Shown here piece by piece: positions 55,247 to 63,993 of a stretch of DNA of 64,000 nt; the first letter of the stretch is position 1, and each line of letters begins with the position of its first letter. The DNA lies in IMG/VR virus record IMGVR_UViG_3300030693_000012; one strand, given 5' to 3'. A program made the translations under genes and the position numbers. The stretch is from a virus. The notes under the pieces are model-generated. The model did not search any database. It saw only the letters and a list, made by a program, of their open reading frames with translations, and was not told where the DNA came from.

Positions 55247-55923
55247 GAATCCTCCTCGGTGCTACTCGTGATGGTCAGAACGTTGGTTACGGGCGGGGTG
55301 ATGACGGTGAGCTCCGCCGATGCCAGGTCGAGTACCCGATACCGTAAGCATATCGCGCGACGCAAGTGCATCCGGAAGTCCAACCTGCGAACCCATACCT
55401 GCTTGATCAGCTCCGACATCGGCTGAGGATCATCGACCGAAACGTAGCGGATGGAAGACTTTCCGAGCGCCTCCAGGTTCTGAGGAACCCGCACGTTGTT
55501 CCAGATCGAGGAGGCGGCCGTCTCGCAGAGCGGGCCGTAGATCGTGATGTCGACGCTGAACAGCTCGTTCGAATAGATGAAGTCGAACGCCGGTGCTGTG
55601 GTCTCGCCATTCCCGCCGAACTCGCTGGTGCCGAAGGGCTGGACTCCAAAGCCTCCGTCGCTGGCCTTGTCGCGAACGTGGTGCCTGAAGGCGTCCCAGT
55701 CCCGATTGCGGTTCTTCACCCAGAACGCCAGCCAGGTCGTGCTGGTGTCCGGCTGCTCCGGGATGGGGTTCTGGTACTTCGGGCGGACGAGCGTGTCGTC
55801 GAGGCCGGTCAGCCCCACGAAGAAGGGTTGGAGGACGTCTGCCAGGGCGTCATCGTCGAGGGGCGTCTCCTCCGAGAGAAGGTAGCCGCCGGTGCTGCTG
55901 TCGTTGATGGGGTTAGTAGCCAT
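55243..55923 (-). CDS. Neck/tail terminator protein
   Basis: NDSSTGGYL...LVRPKYQ...RRLDF; position in the neck module. Confidence 0.75.
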   Translation of the reverse strand: MATNPINDSSTGGYLLSEETPLDDDALADVLQPFFVGLTGLDDTLVRPKYQNPIPEQPDTSTTWLAFWVKNRNRDWDAFRHHVRDKASDGGFGVQPFGTSEFGGNGETTAPAFDFIYSNELFSVDITIYGPLCETAASSIWNNVRVPQNLEALGKSSIRYVSVDDPQPMSELIKQVWVRRLDFRMHLRRAICLRYRVLDLASAELTVITPPVTNVLTITSSTEEDS

Positions 55924-56317
55924 TCTTGCGCTCCAGCGGCAGATCCGCGACCTTCTGAGATGTGGCGGTGGCCTGAGTCCAGCCTTCGCCGAAGACGAGG
56001 TAATCCTCCACATCCGTCACCTGCAGCTCGAGTCCCCGCCACAGAACCACGTCCGCGATGATCCCGTTGGCTTGCTTGCGGAGAGCGCACTTGGCGATGA
56101 CGGTGTAGGTGCTGGTGGCGGTCACGGCGTCTTCCGTCTGGCTCTGCCCGTTCTTCCCCCCGGCGGCGCACACAACCCCGCGGACGCCCTTGAGGGTGAC
56201 GGAGGTGGACTTCGACCGGCCGCCAGGCGACATGACGAGCGTAGCGCGCACGACGTCGAAGGTGCTGGAGAGCATCGGGCTGTTGCCGACGACGGCGATG
56301 GGGTTCAATCCCGGCAC
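55913..56317 (-). CDS. Head-tail adaptor protein
   Basis: ADVVLWRG...DYLVFGEG; position in the neck module. Confidence 0.7.
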   Translation of the reverse strand: MPGLNPIAVVGNSPMLSSTFDVVRATLVMSPGGRSKSTSVTLKGVRGVVCAAGGKNGQSQTEDAVTATSTYTVIAKCALRKQANGIIADVVLWRGLELQVTDVEDYLVFGEGWTQATATSQKVADLPLERKNGY

Positions 56318-56829
56318 TAGCTACCTGCCCTTCGGTTGCGCTTGACGTAGTTGGTGGCGTTCAAAAGCTGGCCGGTGTCGATGTAGCGGTTGGTCCGGGT
56401 TACGCCCCGGCGCTGGCGGGCGGCGATGGTGGAATCAGCCAGGGGCTTCCATGGCCCAGCGATGATCTTGTCCTTGATGCCGATGACCCCGGCCATGCCG
56501 GCGGCATCAAGGGCGGCTTCGAACCGCTCCTTATTGCCATCGAGGACAGCGGTGGCTCCAGCCTTCAGCGCGGCGATAATCTCCACCTTCTTCTCCTCAA
56601 CACCGTCCTCCATGAAATTTCCGGGCGGAATGCCCTGTGCCGGAGACCCCTTATCTTGGATTGCTGCGAGCTGGGCGTTCGTGAGCCCATCCTCGTCGTC
56701 ACGGTCAGTCGTACTCTCCGGATAGCCAACCAACACCTCCCGATCTCCGAGCGCCTTCAGCGCGGCCATGAAGTTCGGCAGCGTGTTTGTGTGAAGGACG
56801 ACATGCGCGTGGATCGAGGGATTAGCCAT
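56317..56829 (-). CDS. Neck protein (HK97 gp10-like)
   Basis: VLVGYPE...PLADSTIAAR...IDTGQL. Confidence 0.8.
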   Translation of the reverse strand: MANPSIHAHVVLHTNTLPNFMAALKALGDREVLVGYPESTTDRDDEDGLTNAQLAAIQDKGSPAQGIPPGNFMEDGVEEKKVEIIAALKAGATAVLDGNKERFEAALDAAGMAGVIGIKDKIIAGPWKPLADSTIAARQRRGVTRTNRYIDTGQLLNATNYVKRNRRAGS

Positions 56830-57304
56830 TCCGCCAGCCCGGTCCGATCCCGACGATGCCGTTCAGAACGAACAGGCCACCACCGCCGTAGCCCTCGCCG
56901 TAGAAGCTGCCCGTGAACTGTATTGGGCCAGCGCCAAAGAAGGAGATCAAGCGCGCCAGGCGGATCCCATAGATGGTGAGGTTCCAGTGCGAGGCTCCAG
57001 CAACGGTCGCGGACGGGACGTCGTAGCTGACGGAGGTGGCCGCGCCAGATTCGCCGCTCACCACGCCGCGCGCCAGGCCGGGAAGGTCGCCGCCTCCCGC
57101 AGAGTAGGCCTCAAGAACGATGTTGTGGGCAACGTAGAGATCGATCGCGATCTTCCACTGATCTCCCCAGCGGCATTGATTGAGCATGCTGGTGGCGATA
57201 TTGATCCAGAACTGGATCTGATCGTCCGGCCATGTTGCGGTGCTTGCGAAGACAGGGAAGTCCTCGCGAAAAGACCCGATGGTCACTGGCGGCGTTGTGG
57301 ACAT
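56822..57304 (-). CDS. Head-tail connector (DUF4054-like)
   Basis: FREDFPVF...LYVAH...SVSYD...WNLTIYG. Confidence 0.85.
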   Translation of the reverse strand: MSTTPPVTIGSFREDFPVFASTATWPDDQIQFWINIATSMLNQCRWGDQWKIAIDLYVAHNIVLEAYSAGGGDLPGLARGVVSGESGAATSVSYDVPSATVAGASHWNLTIYGIRLARLISFFGAGPIQFTGSFYGEGYGGGGLFVLNGIVGIGPGWRNG

Positions 57305-57317
57305 CGGGCCTCCTCGG

Positions 57318-57989
57318 CTACTTGGCTACAGGTGCGGTCTTGGCAGCTTCGCCAGGCTGGGTTTCGGCTGCGGGGATGACGGGCGGGATTGCGGGAATCG
57401 GCGCGCCCGCGATCTTCACCCCATTCAGCGCGAGGTACGGGTGGGTCGAGAGGGCGACTGGAACCTGATGCTCACCCGCAGGGAAGTCGATCGACCGCGT
57501 GTAGTCAACCGTGAGCAGCACGCGCTTGGGGAAGATCATCTTCACTGTGTCGCCGGCGTCAAGCACCGGAGTATCGGGAACCTCAGCAGCCGTCGACTTT
57601 CCGACAGTCGCGGGGTCGATGGCATTCTCGGCGTTGAAGTCCGCGGCTACCAGGCGCAGAGCAGCCTGAAGGTTGCCGTAGGCGACGTTGAGGACTTCCT
57701 CCGGCTCTCCGGGCTTGTAATCGACGTAGGCCGCGTTGGCGAGGTCTACCGCACCCTGCAACCCTGCCTTGGACTTCTCGGGGATGTCGGTGCCCTTGAG
57801 CTGCTTCTCGACCGACGTGATGAGCAGTTCGAGCTGCGCTTTGGCTTGGCCGGGCTGAGGACCGGCGGAAGGTGACGGGATCAACGGCTGGTCGATCTGA
57901 CCATGATCCGTCACCACGGGCTTCGATCCAGTTGCGACCGGAGCAGGGGCATTGGGAAGTTGTGCGACGATTACAGGGGTATTGGACAT
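57318..57989 (-). CDS. Virion-associated hypothetical protein
   Basis: 223 aa; first gene of the neck module; Pro/Ala-rich. Confidence 0.65.
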   Translation of the reverse strand: MSNTPVIVAQLPNAPAPVATGSKPVVTDHGQIDQPLIPSPSAGPQPGQAKAQLELLITSVEKQLKGTDIPEKSKAGLQGAVDLANAAYVDYKPGEPEEVLNVAYGNLQAALRLVAADFNAENAIDPATVGKSTAAEVPDTPVLDAGDTVKMIFPKRVLLTVDYTRSIDFPAGEHQVPVALSTHPYLALNGVKIAGAPIPAIPPVIPAAETQPGEAAKTAPVAK

Positions 57990-58053
57990 GCGGACATCCT
58001 CTCACGAAAGGCAGCGCATAAAGCGTCATCTCTCGCAAGAATACCAGCCGAGG

Positions 58054-58821
58054 TCAAGCCTTAGCCTCCCTGACGCGCCGCGCAACCTGACCCGCCTTCA
58101 TCTTCAATCGTGTCTCTTCTGATACCGCATGCCCCTTTAGCGCGGCCGACACTTTCGCGCGCGACTCGGCGGATTTATTACGAAGAGTCAACGATGCCAC
58201 AATCTTCGCTTTCGTATCTGGGGATAGGACGTGACCCACCTTCACATGATGACGCCCTTCCGCGACCCGCCGTAAAGCTGCCTCCTTCATCTTCTGCCTC
58301 GTCTCGGGGCTCTTCGGTTTGCCCTTGTTTAGATTGCCATAAGTATTCCCTTTTAGCCGGTCGGACATCCCAGCAGGAACGCGGCCTCTGATCTTTGCAC
58401 CAATCTTCGCTTTCGTCTCTTCGGAGTGCGGGATTCCGGCGCGGCGCGCGTTGCCAACAAGCCCGGCGCTGATTTTAGCCGAAATTCTATCGCGCAACTC
58501 TTGGGTCATATCCCGCTGGCCGTCGCCGCCTGCCGTTTGATTTACGAGAGGGCCAAGAGGTTCTCGACCAATCTCCGCAATCGTTCTGATCTCTAGAGCC
58601 ACGGCCTCATCCCTCGTTAGGCCTTCAGCCAGCTTTACCTTGGGAATCGACACGCCGCTTTCCAGCATCCCGCGAATGATTCGGCTCCGGTGGCTATCGC
58701 GCTCCTTGCTTTTGCAAGACCGCTCGTGATCGAGCCAGCGATTGCCCTTGCCAAACCCGACATAGAAAGGCGTGCCGTCTTCACGACTCAAGATATAGAC
58801 ATAGTAGATGTTTGCGGACAT
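58054..58821 (-). CDS. GIY-YIG-type homing endonuclease with NUMOD3 repeats
   Basis: YYVYIL...PFYVGFG...R; repeats HSEETKAKIG, KSPETRQKM, VSEETRLKM. Confidence 0.85.
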   Translation of the reverse strand: MSANIYYVYILSREDGTPFYVGFGKGNRWLDHERSCKSKERDSHRSRIIRGMLESGVSIPKVKLAEGLTRDEAVALEIRTIAEIGREPLGPLVNQTAGGDGQRDMTQELRDRISAKISAGLVGNARRAGIPHSEETKAKIGAKIRGRVPAGMSDRLKGNTYGNLNKGKPKSPETRQKMKEAALRRVAEGRHHVKVGHVLSPDTKAKIVASLTLRNKSAESRAKVSAALKGHAVSEETRLKMKAGQVARRVREAKA

Positions 58822-58851
58822 AAAAATGGAGCCTCCTAAGGAGACTCCATT
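58822..58851 (-). terminator. Hairpin/terminator after the capsid gene that also sequesters the endonuclease RBS
   Basis: ATGGAGTCTCC-TTA-GGAGGCTCCAT-TTTT then ATG. Confidence 0.7.
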
Positions 58852-58878
58852 CTAACAGATTTCTATTATAACTAACCA

Positions 58879-59949
58879 CTACAACCCATCAAAGTAGCCG
58901 ACCGTTTCTGGGTAAGGCATCTCGACAACGCCGAGCTTGCAGTAGTAGGTCGTGAGGTGATAAAGCCCACGATACTCGACCGGGGTGCGCTGCAGCATGG
59001 TCTTGGGGAAGCGCACGAACCGCTTGTCCTTGGTGTAGACCGTTGCGCGGTCCACAGTTCCGGTCGTGCCGATCGTGCCGCCCACACCTGCGCCAACTGC
59101 CCACTTGGTGGAGCGGATGGAGAGCCGTCCCTTGCCGTCCGCGGTGAGGAGGTTGTTCTCCTCGATATACCGCTTGATCGACATAAGGCCAGAAGCCGTC
59201 GCCACCTTCGCCGTCGCGATGTAGCCGTACTGCGCGGGCGGGATGAGGATGTCGGTCGGGATGACTGCCCAGGCGGAAGCGGCCCAAACGGTCGTCAGCA
59301 TGAAATTGAAGTCGTTCAGGATCTCGTCGGGGGACTTGCTCGCCCAGGTGGTGCCACCCTGCGCGCCCTGCGGGAGATTCGTGACCGTGGAGACCTTGCT
59401 GTTGTTCAACAGGCCGGTATAGCCGAAGCCGGTGTCGCCGATGTAGACCTGCTCATCGGTGTCCATCTCGTGTTTGCGGCTCATCGCCTCGAACTTCTGC
59501 TGGTCGATCGGACGACCGATCTTGGCAGACGCTTCGATCTCGGGGATCGTATAGCCCAGCTCGTTGGCCCAGAGGGTCAGCGGGTTGGCGATCTTCGCGA
59601 TGTCCAGCGAGACGCCGGCAATCTGGTTGGCGTTCTTGCCAGCCCAGCTCTTGCCGTTGCCGATACCCTGTCCTGCACCGAGGCCGCCGTTCGAGAAGAA
59701 CGTCGAGAGGGTGTAGGAGCTGGCGTCGTCCGCAATCGACACGTCCTCACGGGTGTCGATGTCGCGCGACCACTTGATATCGATGAGGGGCATGTTCAGC
59801 GTCATGTCGAGACGCTCCAGCTCTCCGAGGAAGAACGCGCCGGTGGAGTCCACGTAACGGCCGTCATGCGTCTGGGTCTTCTGGCCCAGCGGCTTGCCGA
59901 GTGCGTTGCCGTTGCTGTCGATTGTGCGCTGGCTGTCGAAGGTGAGCAT
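58879..59949 (-). CDS. Major capsid protein (DUF2184-like)
   Basis: 356 aa; FFLGELERLD, QVYIGD...GLLN, WASKSPDEILND, YPETVGYFDG. Confidence 0.9.
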   Translation of the reverse strand: MLTFDSQRTIDSNGNALGKPLGQKTQTHDGRYVDSTGAFFLGELERLDMTLNMPLIDIKWSRDIDTREDVSIADDASSYTLSTFFSNGGLGAGQGIGNGKSWAGKNANQIAGVSLDIAKIANPLTLWANELGYTIPEIEASAKIGRPIDQQKFEAMSRKHEMDTDEQVYIGDTGFGYTGLLNNSKVSTVTNLPQGAQGGTTWASKSPDEILNDFNFMLTTVWAASAWAVIPTDILIPPAQYGYIATAKVATASGLMSIKRYIEENNLLTADGKGRLSIRSTKWAVGAGVGGTIGTTGTVDRATVYTKDKRFVRFPKTMLQRTPVEYRGLYHLTTYYCKLGVVEMPYPETVGYFDGL

Positions 59950-60037
59950 TGCTTATTCTCCCGGAATCAATCTGGTGATGCATACCGGGGTGCCGCCCCG
60001 GCTCGGGTTAGAACGAAAGGTTGGTCGAGACCGCGCC

Positions 60038-60619
60038 TTAGATGTTGTAGGCGATCTCACCTACGCCGGTGGAATCAACGCCACCCTGATAGGTCGTAGT
60101 TGCGGGAAGTGCGAAGCCAGAACCGCCAGGGTTCGCCACTTCGAATCCCCCCTGTACGTGCGGGGCGGAAGAGGCGGCGGTCCAGATATACACGGTGCCA
60201 CCCTTGACGGGCGTTCCGTTGATCTGGGCCATGATGTAGCCCGAGCGAAGGATGTTGGCAGCGCCGATGTCGATTCCGCCGGCTACGCCGAGGGCGACGT
60301 TCAGGCTTCCCGACCACTGCTGGAAGGGGTAGGTCCGGACGGTGATGCCGTAGATCGTGACGTCGCCTACAGTCAGGGGACGTACGCCCTGCGAGGTGGC
60401 GTCGATGATGACCGGCTGCCCGAAGACCGTCGGAGGATTCGCCGCGTCAATGAGCGTCGGCTCGATGGTGGGAGTGGGGTTGATCCGAGAGATCGTTCCC
60501 GGAACGCCAGCGCCCACGCGGTAGGTGATCGCGATGTCGCGAACCTTGTGACGCCCGAGGCGCTTGCCAGCAACGGGCTTTGTGCGGAAGGCTGCGAGAA
60601 TCGAATCGAGGAAGGTCAT
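60038..60619 (-). CDS. Head decoration/cement protein
   Basis: GVPGTISR...YGITVRTYP...LRSGYIMAQ; between protease and capsid. Confidence 0.8.
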   Translation of the reverse strand: MTFLDSILAAFRTKPVAGKRLGRHKVRDIAITYRVGAGVPGTISRINPTPTIEPTLIDAANPPTVFGQPVIIDATSQGVRPLTVGDVTIYGITVRTYPFQQWSGSLNVALGVAGGIDIGAANILRSGYIMAQINGTPVKGGTVYIWTAASSAPHVQGGFEVANPGGSGFALPATTTYQGGVDSTGVGEIAYNI

Positions 60620-60682
60620 TGGAGAGTCCCTTTCGGTGCAAAGTCAGTGCTACGGTGCTGCGGTGAACTTCAGAGGCCCGAG

Positions 60683-62098
60683 CTAATTGCTCTCTTTCGC
60701 CCAGAAAGCGGCGGCCTTGGCATTGAACTCGGCGGGCGTGGTGGCCGGAGCGTTCAAGTCGAGAACTTTGGTCTTGCCATCATTCGTGCCACGATTGGCT
60801 TCGGAATGCTTGGCGGCATCGTTCACCAGGCGCATCGTCGCGCCCACGCCGTTGAACAGGTTCCGAACCTCGCCACAGCTCAGGCCAGTGATCGAGTCCG
60901 CGGTGAAGACCTTGGAGCCAGCATGCTCGGCGACGATGACTGCACCCGCCGGGGTCATAGCTGCGATCCCCAGAGCCTTGCGGCGGAACTGGCAGATCTG
61001 ATCCAGAGTCTTCTTGGGAGAGAGAGCGGCGTCGAGGGTCGGCTTCTTGATGCCAGGCGCGATGATCTCGGCGGTCGCGATGACCTCTTGGAAGCTGTCG
61101 ACGAAGTGAGCGGAATCGCGGGCCTTGCGTGCGTCCTTGGTGCCGGTCTCCTTCTCCAGCTCCTCCTCCTCCGCATCCGTGACATCCTCGTCGCGGTGCT
61201 TCTTGTCGCGGGCCTCTTCCTTCTCTTCCAGATCCTTCACGCGCTTGTCGAAGGCTGCGAACTTGGCATCGTAGGCTTCGAATTTGGCGTCGAACGCGGC
61301 TGCATCTTCGGTGCCGCCCAGGTGGACATGAACGTCGCCACCCTCACCCTCGGCTGCATCCTCGACCTTCTCAAGCTCCGCATCGAGAGCCTTTTCCAAC
61401 TCCTTCTCGTTCTCGGCGTCCTTGACGGGATCGCCGGTGGAGACGCGGGAGTCGCGGTAGCGCCGGATGATGCCAGCCTTGAGCGACTTGCGGACGGAAT
61501 CGAATGTGAGAGTCTTCGTCTTTGCCACGGTGTTTCCTCCAAAGCCCTTTCGGGCGTGATCCCTAACCGCACACTGGGGGCCGCAGCGCCCAGCTTCTAC
61601 AACTGCTACGTGGTTTCCCACGATCTCGATCTGGTTACCTCGGCCGATGTCCGTCTCTTCATACTCGGCGTCGTAACCACAACTCACTTCGACCTTGCCA
61701 GCCAGAATCAGGTCGATCATCTCTTGGTCCGTGATGAGCAGGTCAGCGATGAGGAGGTGGTCCTCGATGCCTTCCCCGCGTCGCGGGTCCAACACAGTCC
61801 CCTTGGCAAGCAGCGCCCAGGTTTCCGGTGTTACATCCTCCATGGGGTGGTCGTTTACGACCGGTTTCCCGTGGAAGCTCGCTATCGTGTCCGGGTGGAA
61901 AACGTCTTTCGCATCCCGGCTAACCCAAGCGATCCCGTCTGGCCCAACTTCTACTGGCGACTCGCCGGGGCCATAGAGCTGAACCCCAGTCCGTGCAATC
62001 GGTACATTACGGCAGAGAAGGAACCCTTCGGGCGTCTTCTCCTGATTTGGCCCCAGCTTCTCGACTGTGTAGAAGCGAGACTTTGCATCGCGTGACAT
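60683..62098 (-). CDS. Prohead protease/scaffold (DUF2213-like)
   Basis: TPEGFLLCRNVPIARTG...HP...EVSCGY...GNHVAVVEAGRCG; acidic scaffold-like tail. Confidence 0.9.
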   Translation of the reverse strand: MSRDAKSRFYTVEKLGPNQEKTPEGFLLCRNVPIARTGVQLYGPGESPVEVGPDGIAWVSRDAKDVFHPDTIASFHGKPVVNDHPMEDVTPETWALLAKGTVLDPRRGEGIEDHLLIADLLITDQEMIDLILAGKVEVSCGYDAEYEETDIGRGNQIEIVGNHVAVVEAGRCGPQCAVRDHARKGFGGNTVAKTKTLTFDSVRKSLKAGIIRRYRDSRVSTGDPVKDAENEKELEKALDAELEKVEDAAEGEGGDVHVHLGGTEDAAAFDAKFEAYDAKFAAFDKRVKDLEEKEEARDKKHRDEDVTDAEEEELEKETGTKDARKARDSAHFVDSFQEVIATAEIIAPGIKKPTLDAALSPKKTLDQICQFRRKALGIAAMTPAGAVIVAEHAGSKVFTADSITGLSCGEVRNLFNGVGATMRLVNDAAKHSEANRGTNDGKTKVLDLNAPATTPAEFNAKAAAFWAKESN

Positions 62099-62107
62099 GG
62101 CAGCTCC

Positions 62108-62572
62108 TTACAGGAGCGCCTTGTTGGGCGAACCTACGATGCGAAACAGAACGTTTGTCGCGGTGAATGTACCGCTGGTCACGATTCGAATCTTCACAAG
62201 GTTCGCGACGTTCGCAATGTAGATCCCATTGACAGTCGCGGTCTCAGTGACGGCGGTGGTGCCGGGTACGGCGATGGCCGCCTGAAGGATCGGGAAGAAG
62301 TTCACTCCGTCGTTGGATCCCTGCACTGCCCAGGTGGCGGTCGTGAGGGCGGTGCCCACCACGCTGATCGAGATTCCGGACTGGCCGAAGGTCGTAAAGG
62401 CTCCGCTGGTCTGCGAGGTCGCAGTCGCGGTGAAGGTGCCAATCAGGACGTTCGGGCTTACGGTCTGCGTCGCGTTCGGCAGATAGGTCGTCTGGGCCAG
62501 AGCTGGGGAAGCGCCAGAGAGCGCGATGGCGATGGCTGCGATGGCGGAGAGAACGATGCTTTTGATCTTCAC
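62108..62572 (-). CDS. Exported beta-sandwich protein in the head module
   Basis: Signal MKIKSIVLSAIAAIAIALSGASPALA|Q; WAVQGSNDGVNF motif; RBS GGAG. Confidence 0.75.
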   Translation of the reverse strand: MKIKSIVLSAIAAIAIALSGASPALAQTTYLPNATQTVSPNVLIGTFTATATSQTSGAFTTFGQSGISISVVGTALTTATWAVQGSNDGVNFFPILQAAIAVPGTTAVTETATVNGIYIANVANLVKIRIVTSGTFTATNVLFRIVGSPNKALL

Positions 62573-62635
62573 TTGGTTGCTCCTGTGTACGGCTGATGTC
62601 CCTGAAAGGTTTATATCCCGGGTGTCAACCCCCAA

Positions 62636-62654
62636 GATTCCGGAATCCGGAATC
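62636..62654. repeat. 19-bp palindrome, copy 5
   Basis: Exact match (central A), intergenic. Confidence 0.9.
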
Positions 62655-62954
62655 CTAGGCGGCGTTGGCAAATTGAACGAGGAAGCTTAGGACGTAGACG
62701 ATGAGGACGCTGTTGACATTCAGCGGCGGCAAGATACTGGGCAATGTGACGGTAACGACGGTTCCTGCGACGGTCGCCTCGACGCCAGCGATGGGAGCGC
62801 CGCCCGATCCAGCCAGGGTCACGCTCTGCAGCCCAGCGATCTGGGAACCTTTACAGTCAACATTCGCCGGCTGGGTCGAGAGGTCGAAGACCAGCGCGGT
62901 CGAAGTGCCGTCGGATGTGAAGCTGAGGGAGACTGGCAGAACGAGAGTGTTCAT
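62655..62954 (-). CDS. Beta-rich hypothetical protein, probably leaderless
   Basis: ATG 6 nt after TACCAT. Confidence 0.6.
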   Translation of the reverse strand: MNTLVLPVSLSFTSDGTSTALVFDLSTQPANVDCKGSQIAGLQSVTLAGSGGAPIAGVEATVAGTVVTVTLPSILPPLNVNSVLIVYVLSFLVQFANAA

Positions 62955-62983
62955 GAGCCAATGGTAGGGCTGGCGTCAAGAGG

Positions 62984-63313
62984 CTAGAGCGAGGTGTCGG
63001 GGGTGTCCCTCTCGGCTCGCTGATAAGCGCAGCCCAGGAGGCGCATTTCTTTGGCGTCGGAGAGAAGTTCATCCACCGTGAAGTACTCCTGCCCGATCCG
63101 ATGATTCGCGCGCTCAACGCACATCCGCAGGGCTTCCATGGCGATGTCGATGTGTGGGATGCGGGCGGGGCGGGGAAAGCGAACGATACGTCGCGGGGTC
63201 AGACAGGCGGGGCAATAGGTCGCGCCGCCGGGGTATAGCTGACCGCACACTCTCGACCAGAAGCGGAGGAATGGAATCCGAGCTGGGCAGTAGGCGGCCG
63301 GTGTCCGAGGCAT
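62984..63313 (-). CDS. Small zinc-ribbon hypothetical protein
   Basis: YCPA, VCG, YCPAC motifs. Confidence 0.45.
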   Translation of the reverse strand: MPRTPAAYCPARIPFLRFWSRVCGQLYPGGATYCPACLTPRRIVRFPRPARIPHIDIAMEALRMCVERANHRIGQEYFTVDELLSDAKEMRLLGCAYQRAERDTPDTSL

Positions 63314-63322
63314 GATGGCATC

Positions 63323-63640
63323 CTACACCCGGGCCGAACCCGCGATGATGAGGAAGGTGGCAACCGCGTCAGCCTGCAGCGCATAGTCCACCTCCAGGTG
63401 CGCCTTCACCGAGTACATTCCCGGAGCCAGGCCGGTCGTGTCGATCGAGAACCGGCGCTTACTCCAGCGCGAAGCCATCACCGGACCGCTGCTACTGGCG
63501 AGGAACATGCGCGCCCTCGCATGCCATGGGACGTTGCGGGGAAAGAGCTTGATGCGGATGATCTCGCCAGCGCGGACGTAGCTGGGCGGGATCACACAGA
63601 TTCCAAGGGTAAGCGGTTTTCTCATTCTCCCTCCAACCAC
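63323..63640 (-). CDS. Hypothetical protein
   Basis: 105-aa ORF coupled to the upstream gene. Confidence 0.5.
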   Translation of the reverse strand: MVGGRMRKPLTLGICVIPPSYVRAGEIIRIKLFPRNVPWHARARMFLASSSGPVMASRWSKRRFSIDTTGLAPGMYSVKAHLEVDYALQADAVATFLIIAGSARV

Positions 63641-63993
63641 AGCCAGAGCACCTTACCGTCGGCACTGCGCTTCTCTTTCACCGTACGACCCTCCAGCCTC
63701 GCTCGCTTGCGGATGTGCACGAGAGTGATGGTGGCATGCGCGCGGTCGCGGTTCAACACTTCCTCGACCTCATCCTCACCAAGAGCGATGAGCGCCTTCC
63801 AGATCTCCCCGAGGCGGCCAGAGGACTTCTTGACAGCGGCGGCCTCCGGCGGGATGTCGCTGAACTTGATGGTGCGGGATTGCAGCTTGTCGAGGTTGCG
63901 GGGGTTCGGGACGATTCGAATCGAATCTACTTGGACGTCGCGAACTGTGTACCCAACGCTGACGCCCGAGCTTCCGTCGAGAACGGCCGCCAT
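63622..63993 (-). CDS. Hypothetical protein (start may lie outside the window)
   Basis: 123-aa ORF at the window edge. Confidence 0.55.
   Translation of the reverse strand: MAAVLDGSSGVSVGYTVRDVQVDSIRIVPNPRNLDKLQSRTIKFSDIPPEAAAVKKSSGRLGEIWKALIALGEDEVEEVLNRDRAHATITLVHIRKRARLEGRTVKEKRSADGKVLWLWLEGE

Noticed and set aside
57990-58878. Group I intron around the GIY-YIG gene
   Set aside because: The flanking genes are complete and uninterrupted, and no P/Q/R/S core was recognised, so it is treated as free-standing.
3735-61000. Long plus-strand ORFs (e.g. 3735-4907, 53450-55069, 58957-60099) and off-frame minus-strand ORFs such as 59894-62095
   Set aside because: They are shadows of well-supported minus-strand genes in GC-rich DNA, with no recognisable motifs or RBS.
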